Positions 22,925-32,800 of a stretch of DNA of 64,000 nt are shown one piece after another. The notes beneath the pieces are model-generated. The model was not told the DNA's origin, searched no databases, and saw only the letters and a list, made by a program, of their open reading frames with translations. Every line of letters begins with the position of its first letter. Position 1 is the stretch's first letter. Source of the DNA: Naegleria gruberi (Eukaryota); NCBI GenBank assembly GCA_000004985.1, contig GG738850.1; one strand, written 5' to 3'. Made by a program: the position numbers and the translations under genes.

Positions 22925-23234
22925 TTTTTTTGATTGTCCAACCAAATGTCCAACAAATCAAAAGGCCAAAAGATTCTCAACAAGTTCACAAAATGAATTT
23001 TAAAAAGTTCATTGATAAGCAATTTTGACATTATTTAATATTTTCGAAGGAGGAATTGACAAGAATATTGAAGACTCATCTTTCACTTTCTGTCAATGGC
23101 AGCCATGATATAACTATCAAGATTCATTTCTGAAAAACAATAAAAGCAGATCAATTTCCTTTATAACACTGTCTCAGATTGGAGTAACCCCAAAACAGTG
23201 ATTATAAAAAATAAATCTTAATAAAAAATCCTCG

Positions 23235-24715
23235 ATGAGTAATCACAGTTATTCCGTTTCTTTGCTTTCGGGAAGTGTGAGTAATTTATCATCCAATAAT
23301 ATAAGTGCTAAATTTGAAGGATTTTGTGGAGAGTTATTTAGGTTAGTTTCTAAGGAGAATAGTTTAGACTTTTTTTCCGACTTGTACGTTTCTTACAGGT
23401 TAAATTCTTACAACCATTTTTGAATAAGCTACAAGGTCATAATTTCTGCTGTTGGTGATTGCATTAACTTGATGAAATATATCTTTGAAAAAACAGGATA
23501 TATTTATCCAATTAATCTACCTAGTATTCATAATGCTGGAACTTATTATAGAACTAGTTTAACAAGAGTTTTGCCAAAACCTTGTTATCTATATCTTCAA
23601 AGAAAAGAAGAGATTCCTTATTTGGAACTAAGCAAGATTAAAGACTTTTATGAGCAATTGATTTTACAAACAAGCGAAGAATCAAGAATGAAGGAATTAA
23701 AATTCAAATCTGAAACTTTTCAAAAAATTTTCCCAACTTTATTATTTGGAGATGAAATAGTGATTGAAAATAATTTTGTAGATATGTTATTTAACATTAC
23801 AACAATTAATGATACAACTGTTAAGGTTAATCAAGTTAAGTGCAAAGAAGACACAAAACAACTATTCAAAACATGTTCTGTTCTGTGTCAAAGAGCATGA
23901 TATTATTACTGAAAAGTATCTGTTCAGAGCTCAAACTCTCCCTTCACACTGATAGCTCATTGTTGAGAGATGTGATTCCTTTACCTCTAATGGAAGAGAT
24001 TCGTTTCAAGATCTTGGTAAGTATTTAAGTTGAATTATTATCTTCAAGTATTATCCAGAGAAATCATGTCAACAAAGTTTACTTGGTTGAAAAGAAAGTC
24101 AATGGCAAATGGAAAAAAAAGGAAATAATTAAAGTTTGTAAAAGTGAGGCTGCATTGCAAAAAGAGATGTTATATGGACATTCATCATTTACTAATGCTA
24201 ATCACAAACTTATTGGTATTCCATACTATGAGTCGATTAAAAAACTAAAGTCAAACGAAAGAGAAGCTCTTTTGAATATGGCCATTGAACAAGATTTGCT
24301 CCACATTTCTAAACTTGTTCATTGCGATTTAAAACCAGACCATATTGTTATAGATCCATTGAGAGATACTGGATTTAGATTATTGGATTTTGAGTTTGTT
24401 GTTACGGAAGGTGATGAGGTCATTGGCTACACAAAAGGATATCATCCTCCTGAATATGATTGTCTTGAAAATCAACAATATGCAATTGCATCAAGGAAAT
24501 CAGATGTTTTTTCACTTGGTTTGTGTATGCTCCACTTTATGAACAATGAATTCATTCCCAATAGATTAGAAATACCAGATTATTTAAAGGTAATTGAGGA
24601 CATACTTTTGAGGGATGTATTAACTCAAATGCTTGAATTGGATTGCTCAAGGAGATTATCAGATGCTTCAGATATTGTTACAATGCTAAAAGATGATATC
24701 AATCAATTTCCTTAA
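23235..24715 (+). CDS. Atypical protein kinase-like protein, multi-exon. Proposed exons: 23235..23341, 23429..23834, 23894..24016, 24059..24715. The first two junctions are uncertain.
   Basis: The GTAAGT donor at 24017 and the ..tattatccag acceptor at 24058 are well supported by frame. The resulting kinase core reads RNHVNKVYLVEKKVNGKWKKKEIIKVCK...HCDLKPDHIVID...LLDFEFVV...GYHPPEYD...SDVFSLG. It has no GxGxxG loop, and DFE replaces DFG. Upstream, a GTTAGT donor at 23342 has two candidate acceptors (23398 and 23428). A GTTAAGT donor at 23835 with an acceptor at 23893 fixes the frame change. Confidence 0.45.
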
Positions 24716-24824
24716 TAAAGAGGTTCGACTTTGCAAAGTTGTTTTTTGATTTTTTCAATATTTCCTTCTCCCTTAATTGAATTGATTGTAAATTTATGGA
24801 TGAGGATTTTCCACTCTTGTTTCA

Positions 24825-25790
24825 TCAATATAAGCAAAGTCTTTTTAATTTTTTCATTCCACTTATCAATTTTTCTCCTTTATCACCAATTCGATTATGA
24901 CGAATATCAAGATCTGTTAATTGTTTCATTTCACTTATGTATTTGGCCCCTTCGTCACCAATTCTATTGTAAAATATAGAAAGTTCTGTTAATTGCTTCA
25001 TTTCACTGATAAACTTGGCTCCTTCATCACCAATTTCATTGTGACCAATAGAAAGTTCTGTTAATTGTTTCATTCCACTTATCAATTTGGCTCCTTCATC
25101 ACCAATTCCATTACCATAAATATAAAGACATGTTAATTGTTTCATTTCACTAATGTATTTAACTCCTTTGACACCTATTTGATTGTCACCAACATGAAGT
25201 AATGTTAACTGTTTCATTTTACTTATCAATTTGGCTCCTTCATCACCAATTCTATTTCTATTAATATCCAGTGCTATCAATTGTTTCAGTTTACATAGGT
25301 ATTTAACTCCTTTTGCACCAATTTGATTCTTAGAAATACCAAGTGATATTAATTGCTTCATTTCACTTATCAATTTGGTTCCTTCATCACCAATTCGATT
25401 TGTTGGCACAAAAAGTGCTACCAGTTGTTTCATTTCACTTATGAATTTTACATTGTCAGAGTCCAACAAGTTTTCAGAAACATTAACGTTAACAATACAA
25501 TTCATAAATTGACTTTTCATTAACAATTCAATTCTATGCTCTGTAAATTCTTTTTTAAATTCAAGACAAAGATATGAACGTTCCTTGATCACATTAAACC
25601 ATTGTTTTGAAATTAAGGAACAAGTATTCAAAATAAACCACGAATTATCAATCATGGAAATTATTTCAAAACAAACATCATCTGAAAATATATTATTCTC
25701 TACTAATCATTGATTAAGCATTCAAGAAAATATATACCCACCTTCTTGTTGTCTTATCTCCATGGTGAAATTAGTACAAATATTTCCCAT
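24825..25790 (-). CDS. F-box/LRR protein (RNI-like 24-aa repeats ISEMKQLTxLxIxxNxIGDEGAKx). Two exons: 25742..25790 and 24825..25681.
   Basis: A previously unlisted 5' exon (MGNICTNFTMEIRQQE) is joined by a GTGGGT...TTTTCAG intron (25741..25682). The spliced N-terminus DDVCFEIISMIDNSWFILNTCSLISKQWFNVI is a classic F-box. It is followed by at least 8 near-identical LRR units. Confidence 0.6.
24880..25440 (-). repeat. Near-identical 72-nt (24-codon) tandem units inside the LRR gene
   Basis: Forty-mers such as catttcacttatcaatttgg(c/t)tccttcatcaccaattc recur at about 25070, 25210 and 25360. Confidence 0.6.
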
Positions 25791-26844
25791 GATGATGATG
25801 ATGATTAATATGAAAGTGGGCTGATTAGTACTGAATGTTGGCTAGGGCAGTAGGTAGGTTTTTTCTTGACTTGTTGCAGTGTTGGCCCAACAGCACGAAG
25901 TATTTAACCTCAACAGAAGAATCTCAATCCGTGTTCTTTTTTCTCTCCGATTGTTCCATTCCAGATATTCCTCTTCAAACAGTGCTGGCAAAACTGTAGT
26001 TAGACCTATTGAAAAAACAGCTCAACAAAAATCAATACACAAACACCAAACCTTGACCCTGGCATTCAGATCTGTAAGCCTTCTAACAATTGTTTGATTT
26101 TAAATTTTGTACAGACAATATCAAGAGAAGTTATCTCCAGCTAAATTGATCACAAAATTGTTGCAGTTTCAATTTTGAGCTTGTTTTAATTTTATAAACC
26201 ACAGTTTGATATTCATTCCCATAGAGTTCATTATCACCACTACGAAAACAATCGCTATTCCATTGGGAATTACATTAGTTTCTAATAACAAGATGCTTAG
26301 ACCTAATTGTTAACATTTCTATCGTTTGGGATACGCTATAGTTCCATTGATGGATCGGTTACACTTAAGGTAATGTGTTGGTATGAAATGTTGTCATGCC
26401 AATTGATGAACTGCTGCAATTCTTTTAACTATTAAATTTTAATGTTTAACAGCTTGGACACCAATCAACGTTTATATGATGAGGGCAGACGAATCTTCTT
26501 TGTAATCCTCCAGAAACATCATTTCACATACAATTATAATGTTTCCGCTCCCAACTACATTTTTGAATGCTTGCTAAGTTGGGAAAACAGAGTTCTAAAA
26601 TAAATTTGACTAAACAGTTTAAACATAAAGTGAAAGTAACCAATCTCTATAATAGTTTCACCAATAATTTTATAATGACTTCCAGGATTATCCATTTCCT
26701 TTACGAAAATTCATGTGATTCCATAGAAGGAAACCTTAGAACCAAGTAATCCCAAAATTAAAGGGTAACACCACTTTCATTTGAGATTCTCCACAACGTT
26801 ACTTCTAAATTTCAAGAAAACTAATCTCAAAAAAACAGTAGAAA

Positions 26845-27603
26845 ATGAATAGAGAGAAATACATACAATCATTTGCTTGTGGTCAACCGAAAGTTTTCCA
26901 ATTGCCAAGTATTAAACAACTGTTGTATGGAGACTTGTCATCATGTAGAACCAATCATAATACGAAACAAGAGGAAACTAATGGTTATCATCCAGTCATG
27001 CAAGGTCAGACATGTCACCAACCTTTCTCTACATGTTCAACTAAATGCATGCCACTCCAATTACATGAAACTTCTCCACAAGTAACTTATTCGAAACCAC
27101 AGCTGGAAGTTAAACGACTCGAACATCAAGTAAGAATTATGGAATCTCTTGTGAAGAAACAAGCAAAGGTAATTGAAGATTTGGAAAATGAAAAGAAGAG
27201 AAAGTTGAAGGAAATTGAAAGACAACTCGAAAGTCAACCAAAGAAACTAAAGCAAACTAAATCAAATTCCTTCATATTTAAAACATGCTTATTAGAAAAC
27301 AAAGATAATTCAGAAGAAGAAACGTCAATCTTGGACGATTTAAATAATCATACGGTAACTTGGAAAAACGAGACTTTCGTATTAATTGATGCCTTTAAAA
27401 ACCGAAACAAAATCCTCAATTATTTCATTCCACTCTATCAAAGTCAATTCCCAAATAAGAAATGTAAATTAGTTCTTTCAAGTGAAGAATATAGAAAGCT
27501 ATTTAAGGAAAATTCACATCGGAGTCAATCAGAGAGGAAACACGCTTGGAGAATTTCAATTTTCACTTTGGATTTCTATAATTTCGTAAAGAATCAAATG
27601 TAA
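26845..27603 (+). CDS. Hypothetical coiled-coil protein (central KRLEHQVRIMESLVKKQAKVIEDLENEKKRKLKEIERQLE heptads)
   Basis: 252-codon ORF with an ATG. No homology recognised. Confidence 0.4.
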   Translation: MNREKYIQSFACGQPKVFQLPSIKQLLYGDLSSCRTNHNTKQEETNGYHPVMQGQTCHQPFSTCSTKCMPLQLHETSPQVTYSKPQLEVKRLEHQVRIMESLVKKQAKVIEDLENEKKRKLKEIERQLESQPKKLKQTKSNSFIFKTCLLENKDNSEEETSILDDLNNHTVTWKNETFVLIDAFKNRNKILNYFIPLYQSQFPNKKCKLVLSSEEYRKLFKENSHRSQSERKHAWRISIFTLDFYNFVKNQM

Positions 27604-27766
27604 ATAATATTGCTAATGTAACTGTTTTTTGTAATAAAAGAGAATACCTTGTTTATGATATTTTGTTGGAAGAATTCATGTTCCAGAGCTTTAACTGGAT
27701 CTATCTCTTTCATTCTCGACAACCATTTTAGAAATCAAATCCATAGCATCTATATTGGTTGGATCA

Positions 27767-28620
27767 TTACTGCACTGCAACATTTTTACAAAATTCCAGA
27801 TCAATAATTTTCAAAACTGAATCAGTGCAATCGAATATGATATTATCAGGTTTCAAATTATTGTGAGTTACAAGATTTCTTCTCATATAGACACATGCAT
27901 TCAAGAGTTGCTTCATATAACTTCTAACCTCATTGATATCTGATGGAAGATACCCTGCTCCCTTCTTATATTCCATAATGAGAACTATTTCATCATTGGC
28001 TAAACTGAAATTGAAATCTAGAATTTCAAGAATATTTGGATGAGAAAACTTTCTATGAAATTCAATCTCACTAATTACATCTCTATAACTACGCAACTGA
28101 TAATTCTTCTTCACCAAATCAGTCTTTCCATCTGAAAACTGGTTTGGATTTGCTGCTATCCTTCTTACAATTGGATATGCATATTGCAGGACAGAAACAA
28201 TACTGCAATCATTTTCTTTCTCAAACTCTAAATGTCTCTTTGCAATGGCTGACCACTTTTCAATCTTATCAACTGTAATATCAAATCTGAAACTGTCAAT
28301 TTACTCCCAGAAAGGAACCAGTAATGGAATGGTAAGGATTTTTTCTCATCCTCTATTAGAAAGTACATGGAAAATAAGATGAATGGATGCAATTTTGAAC
28401 TATATGAATTTACACGAACTTCTTGTGGAGAGTCAATAGAAACTTTGTGATATTCAATCTTTGAAAGAAGTGTTTTTGTAAAAGCATTATTATTTGGAAA
28501 GGATTCAGCTATGGAGAATTTGAAAAAATTTGCTTTGTAATCTCCATGATAACAAATGATTAAGGAATCGGTTGAGAGACCGAAAGAATTCTTCTCAATA
28601 GAATTGTTAAATTCAAACAA
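27767..28620 (-). pseudogene. Decayed paralog of the atypical kinase at 24059..24715. It shows a frame discontinuity between its N-terminal ORF and kinase N-lobe, and a premature stop right after the DLEF (DFG-equivalent) motif.
   Basis: The kinase frame gives ...KWSAIAKRHLEFEKE...EIEFHRKFSHPNIL...THNNLKPDNIIFD...KIIDLEFCKNVAVQ* then stops. The activation loop, APE and the C-lobe are missing. The upstream ORF (28228..28620) is in a different frame, with no intron able to join them. It shares the family-specific LKPD(H/N)I(V/I) and D(F/L)EF motifs with the intact copy. Confidence 0.5.
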
Positions 28621-28807
28621 ACACTTGCATTTTTTTTAGAGTTTGTGAGTATAATTTGAGACTAAGATAGGGTTTCATATGTTCTTTGAACATGAAAGAA
28701 CAGTAACTACAGTAACTATGTTGTAATGGAGCTATATGGTGTCTTTACAAATTACCTACCCCCCTGTGTCAACAAAAGGCAAATAAAATAACAGCATGTA
28801 AAAAGTA

Positions 28808-28879
28808 TAGCAAATCTAGGTTTCGATCCTAGGACCTATGGGTTATGAGCCCATCGCGCTTCCGCTGCGCCAATTTGCT
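28808..28879 (-). tRNA. Initiator tRNA-Met (anticodon CAU)
   Basis: The reverse complement is AGCAAATTGGCGCAGCGGAAGCGCGATGGGCTCATAACCCATAGGTCCTAGGATCGAAACCTAGATTTGCTA. Initiator hallmarks are present: A1-U72, three G-C pairs in the anticodon stem, and the GATCGAAAC T-loop (A54/A60). It is 72 nt long. Confidence 0.9.
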
Positions 28880-29107
28880 TTGACATACTAATTCTAAAAA
28901 TATTTATTAAATATTGGAAGGAGAAGGATTTTCCCAAAACAAAACCAGTTCAATTTTTAAAACGCTCTGATTGTCACTTAGTGATTATGAGATTACTTTT
29001 ATTTGGAATTTTCTCATATTAATAATTGAGATAATTTGTTTGGTGATAACCTCAAGTCATTACCTCCACAACAACATGATATTTCAAATAAATTAAATAA
29101 TAAAAAA

Positions 29108-29815
29108 ATGTTTAACAGTTCAGCGCTTGGAAGTGGTACTTCCAGTCATGCAGAAATTCGGAAAGAATATACTTTTGATGATATCATTAATAGAGATCAT
29201 GATTACTTTTCAATGTTTGGATTAAAAAAGCCATCACCATCGGCACATTTACTTGGAAATAACAATGCTATTATTACTTCCTATTCAAGTAATAATGATG
29301 AAGATAATAATTTAAATAATGATAGAAGAAATAATGGGATTGGACGTAAACGATTATTTCAGTGGTGTATAGGATTATTAATATTATTTTCATTTACTTG
29401 TGGATTAATTTTACTTTTAGGTGGAATTATTTTCGGAATACTTGTTAATGCTAATGTATTAGATGATTATTGTATAATGCAATTTGAATTTAAGAAACAA
29501 GTACCTGGTAATTTAAATTATGATTTTGCTTTTACAAAGATTAAACAAGGCGTTTCTAAAAGTCCATTCGAATTAATTTCATCATTTCCTAATAATGGAA
29601 CAATTAAAGCAGTTAGAAAAGAGGCTTTGAAAAATTTTGATGCACTGGAATTTACTATTTATGAAGAAGGATTGAGTTTAATATTTATTAATGCATCAAG
29701 TATATCAGATTCAGGTGTTTTTGATTTTGGACAGAACTATAGAAATATTAAACAAGTCATTGATTCTTCATTAGGGAAAGATTATTTACAGAGAATTGTT
29801 TCTGGTTGTAATTAA
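29108..29815 (+). CDS. Hypothetical single-pass membrane protein (TM segment LFQWCIGLLILFSFTCGLILLLGGIIFGILV)
   Basis: The ATG at 29108 is in aaaaaaaATG context, in frame with the track ORF that begins at a TTG. An Asn-rich tract is present. Confidence 0.45.
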   Translation: MFNSSALGSGTSSHAEIRKEYTFDDIINRDHDYFSMFGLKKPSPSAHLLGNNNAIITSYSSNNDEDNNLNNDRRNNGIGRKRLFQWCIGLLILFSFTCGLILLLGGIIFGILVNANVLDDYCIMQFEFKKQVPGNLNYDFAFTKIKQGVSKSPFELISSFPNNGTIKAVRKEALKNFDALEFTIYEEGLSLIFINASSISDSGVFDFGQNYRNIKQVIDSSLGKDYLQRIVSGCN

Positions 29816-29892
29816 TTTAATTATTTATTGCTTGACTTTATCCACTAAATTATAAATGAAAGTATTTATCAAAATTGGAATGCTTCAATAAT

Positions 29893-32800
29893 TTATTTAT
29901 GTTTGCTCTGATTATTCATAAAAGAATTGAGATTAAAATCTTGATATTGCTTATCTTGATCATAATCTTCCATTGTTTCCATAAGTTGTCCAAGTCCAGA
30001 TTTCTTTGGTTTTTCAAGTTGAGCAGCAGATGATGAATCTGTTCCATTTGAACCTGAAAAATTGAACAAATCAACCAATTGATCTGTATCCATAGATGAT
30101 AAACTACTATTTTCCTTATTAATAACACTCTTTGAAATGTTTGTTTTAAACTTTTGTAAACCCATAATCTTTTCTTCCAAAGTGTTTCTAGTAATAAGTC
30201 TATAAACATTAACAACTTTCTTTTGACCAATACGATGCGCTCTATCCATAGCTTGTAAATCAGCAGATGGATTCCAATCATGTTCAACAAAAATTACAGT
30301 ATCTGCACCTGTAAGATTCAATCCTAAACCACCAATCTTTGTAGTTAATAATAAAACATCAATAGTTGGATCACTATTAAATTTTGTAACAATTTCATAT
30401 CTCTTTGTTGTTTCAACATCACCATCCAATCTCATAAATGTTACATTTGGCATATATTTAGCAAATAATTCATTTTGAATAATATCAAGCATTTGTTTCA
30501 ATTGACAAAATATTAAAACACGATGTTGATTAGAACTATCAACATCACTATTACCCGCTCCAATACCACAATCATTTAAAAGTTGTTTCAATGATAATAA
30601 TTTTGGTGATAAATTAACATCTCTAACATCTAATCCTTGTTGTTTGATTTCTTGTGTTACAGATTCATACATTGGATGATCCGGTTCTAATACCAAACAT
30701 GGATGATTACAAAGCTTTCTCAAATATTTCAAAGCTTTAAATACATGTGAATTTTCAGATATTTCCTTGGCTTTGGTTTTGTCTTCTTGTTGGCTCTTCA
30801 ATTCTTGTGAAACTTTGGAAATTTCCTTCTTTGCAAAAAATTCATAAAGTTTTGATTGAATAGGTGAAAGATCACAATAATAATCTTGAATAATCTTTTC
30901 AGGTAAATCATGTAAAACATCTTCTTTAACTCTTCTTAAAAGGAAAGGTAATACTTGTCTATGTAAATTTTGTAAAGCAATTGTACCTGAAGCTTGTTCT
31001 TTAGAATTTGCTTTAGCATCTCTACTTGATTGAATTGGTTTACTGTACTTGGCATTAAACTCCTTTTCTGTTCCTAAAAATCCTGGCATTAAAAAATCAA
31101 ATAATGACCACAATTCTAAAACATTATTTTGAATTGGAGTACCTGAAAGTAATAATCTGTGATTAGCCTTAATTTGTTTAACAGCTTTGGTAATTTGAGT
31201 CTTCTTATTCTTAATAATATGACCTTCATCTAAAATACAATAATTCCAATTTGATTGACAAGCAACAATATCCTTAATATCATTTCTTAATAAATCATAA
31301 GAAAGAATGACAATATCTTGATTATGAAATTCAGATCTCCATAATTTTCTCTGAGCAACTGAACCATAATATTGAAGTGATTTCAAATCTGGACAAAACT
31401 TTGAAATTTCATCAGCCCAATGCCCAAGTAAAATTGGTGGACATACAACCAATGAAGGTAAATGAACAAATTCTTGGTTACCAGTTTGTTGAAATTGAAT
31501 CTTTCTCATATGAATATCACTATAAACCATACAAATTGTTTGTAAAGTTTTACCCAAACCCATATCATCGCATAAAATACCATGTAAATTATACTTGTTC
31601 AAGAATGCTAACCATGAAACTCCATCTTTTTGATATTGACGAAGTTCTGCATTAATTTTGATTGGAATATCAAATGGAACAACTTTAGAATTATCTAAAA
31701 GTTGATCAATAAATTCATGTTCTTCTGCTAATTGTTTTTCAAGCCCTTTAAGTGGAATGGCTGATTTTTCCAAAGGTAAAAGTTTGATAACTGAACCAAA
31801 ACAATTTGATGAAATTTCACGTGTAACATCATCTTGATCGCTCATTCTCTTTAAAAGTGGAACTGCAAAGAATGCAACTGCTGGTAAACATTTCATTTCA
31901 AGTCTTGAAATTAATGAAAATATTGCCAATGATGAACCTCTTCTTGAATAAACATTTGTTGGATTTGCAAGTAGTGGTACAAGTTGTTTTACAATAATAA
32001 TCAATGCTGGTTCTTCCATATAATAACAAATTTCTGAAATTGTAAGAGCTGCATGTTTTCTAATTTCAATATCTTGATGTGGAACATAATTTGCAATAAT
32101 TGAACCCAAAACATGTGATAATGTTTCATAGAGTTGAGAATTAATTGATGGAACAATACTTCTCAATATATGAAGTGCATTAACAATAGTCTTTTCAGGT
32201 GGTTGAGGATTTGTCTTATTCAATAAACTAAAATCAACTTGTTGGAAAATTACATCAAGAGTATGCATTCTTAATGGTTCGAGATCAATGAATAGCCTCT
32301 CCTTGAAAATTGTTGCAATTTCATTCAAGGAAATTGAAGCACCTCTTTGTGCTATTTGAGAAGGATCATCTTTTGTAGAATCTACTTGAGAAGCTGCATC
32401 TTTCAATTCATTAATTTCATCTTCCTTAATAGAACTACCGCTAGCAGCACCGGTTGTAGTAGAACCCTTCTTTTTTCTTCCCTTCTTTTGCTTTTCCGTT
32501 GTTTCAACTTCATTTGGTTGAGCATTTTCCTTTTCCAATGCCTTGTGTACAGTTATTTTTGGCATTGTCTTGGATAAGAGATCTAAAAGCTTCTTTACAA
32601 TGGCTGAATTTGGTGGAGGTATTAAATCCTTACAAACAATTAACATTTTTGCAATGGATTTACATGCAAGTTTTTGAAGTGTTAAACTTGATGCTTGACT
32701 TTCCACAGTTGAAAGAAGTTGAACCATCATTTTAGATAAAACTGATTTTTGTGGAACACCTCCTTGGAAAATTAAAGCAGATGACAAAATTGATAATGCT

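Noticed and set aside
25879-26749. Small ORFs 25879..26097 and 26567..26749 in the 1-kb spacer
   Set aside because: No ATG context, no recognisable composition, and no periodicity. They were treated as chance ORFs, though the spacer is unusually GC-rich for this window.
29916-30290. 124-codon ORF on minus strand, and other ORFs nested inside Mot1 (31377..31655, 32347..32735, 33803..33985, 34552..34764)
   Set aside because: They lie in other frames or antisense within the 1816-codon Mot1 ORF, whose homology spans the full length.
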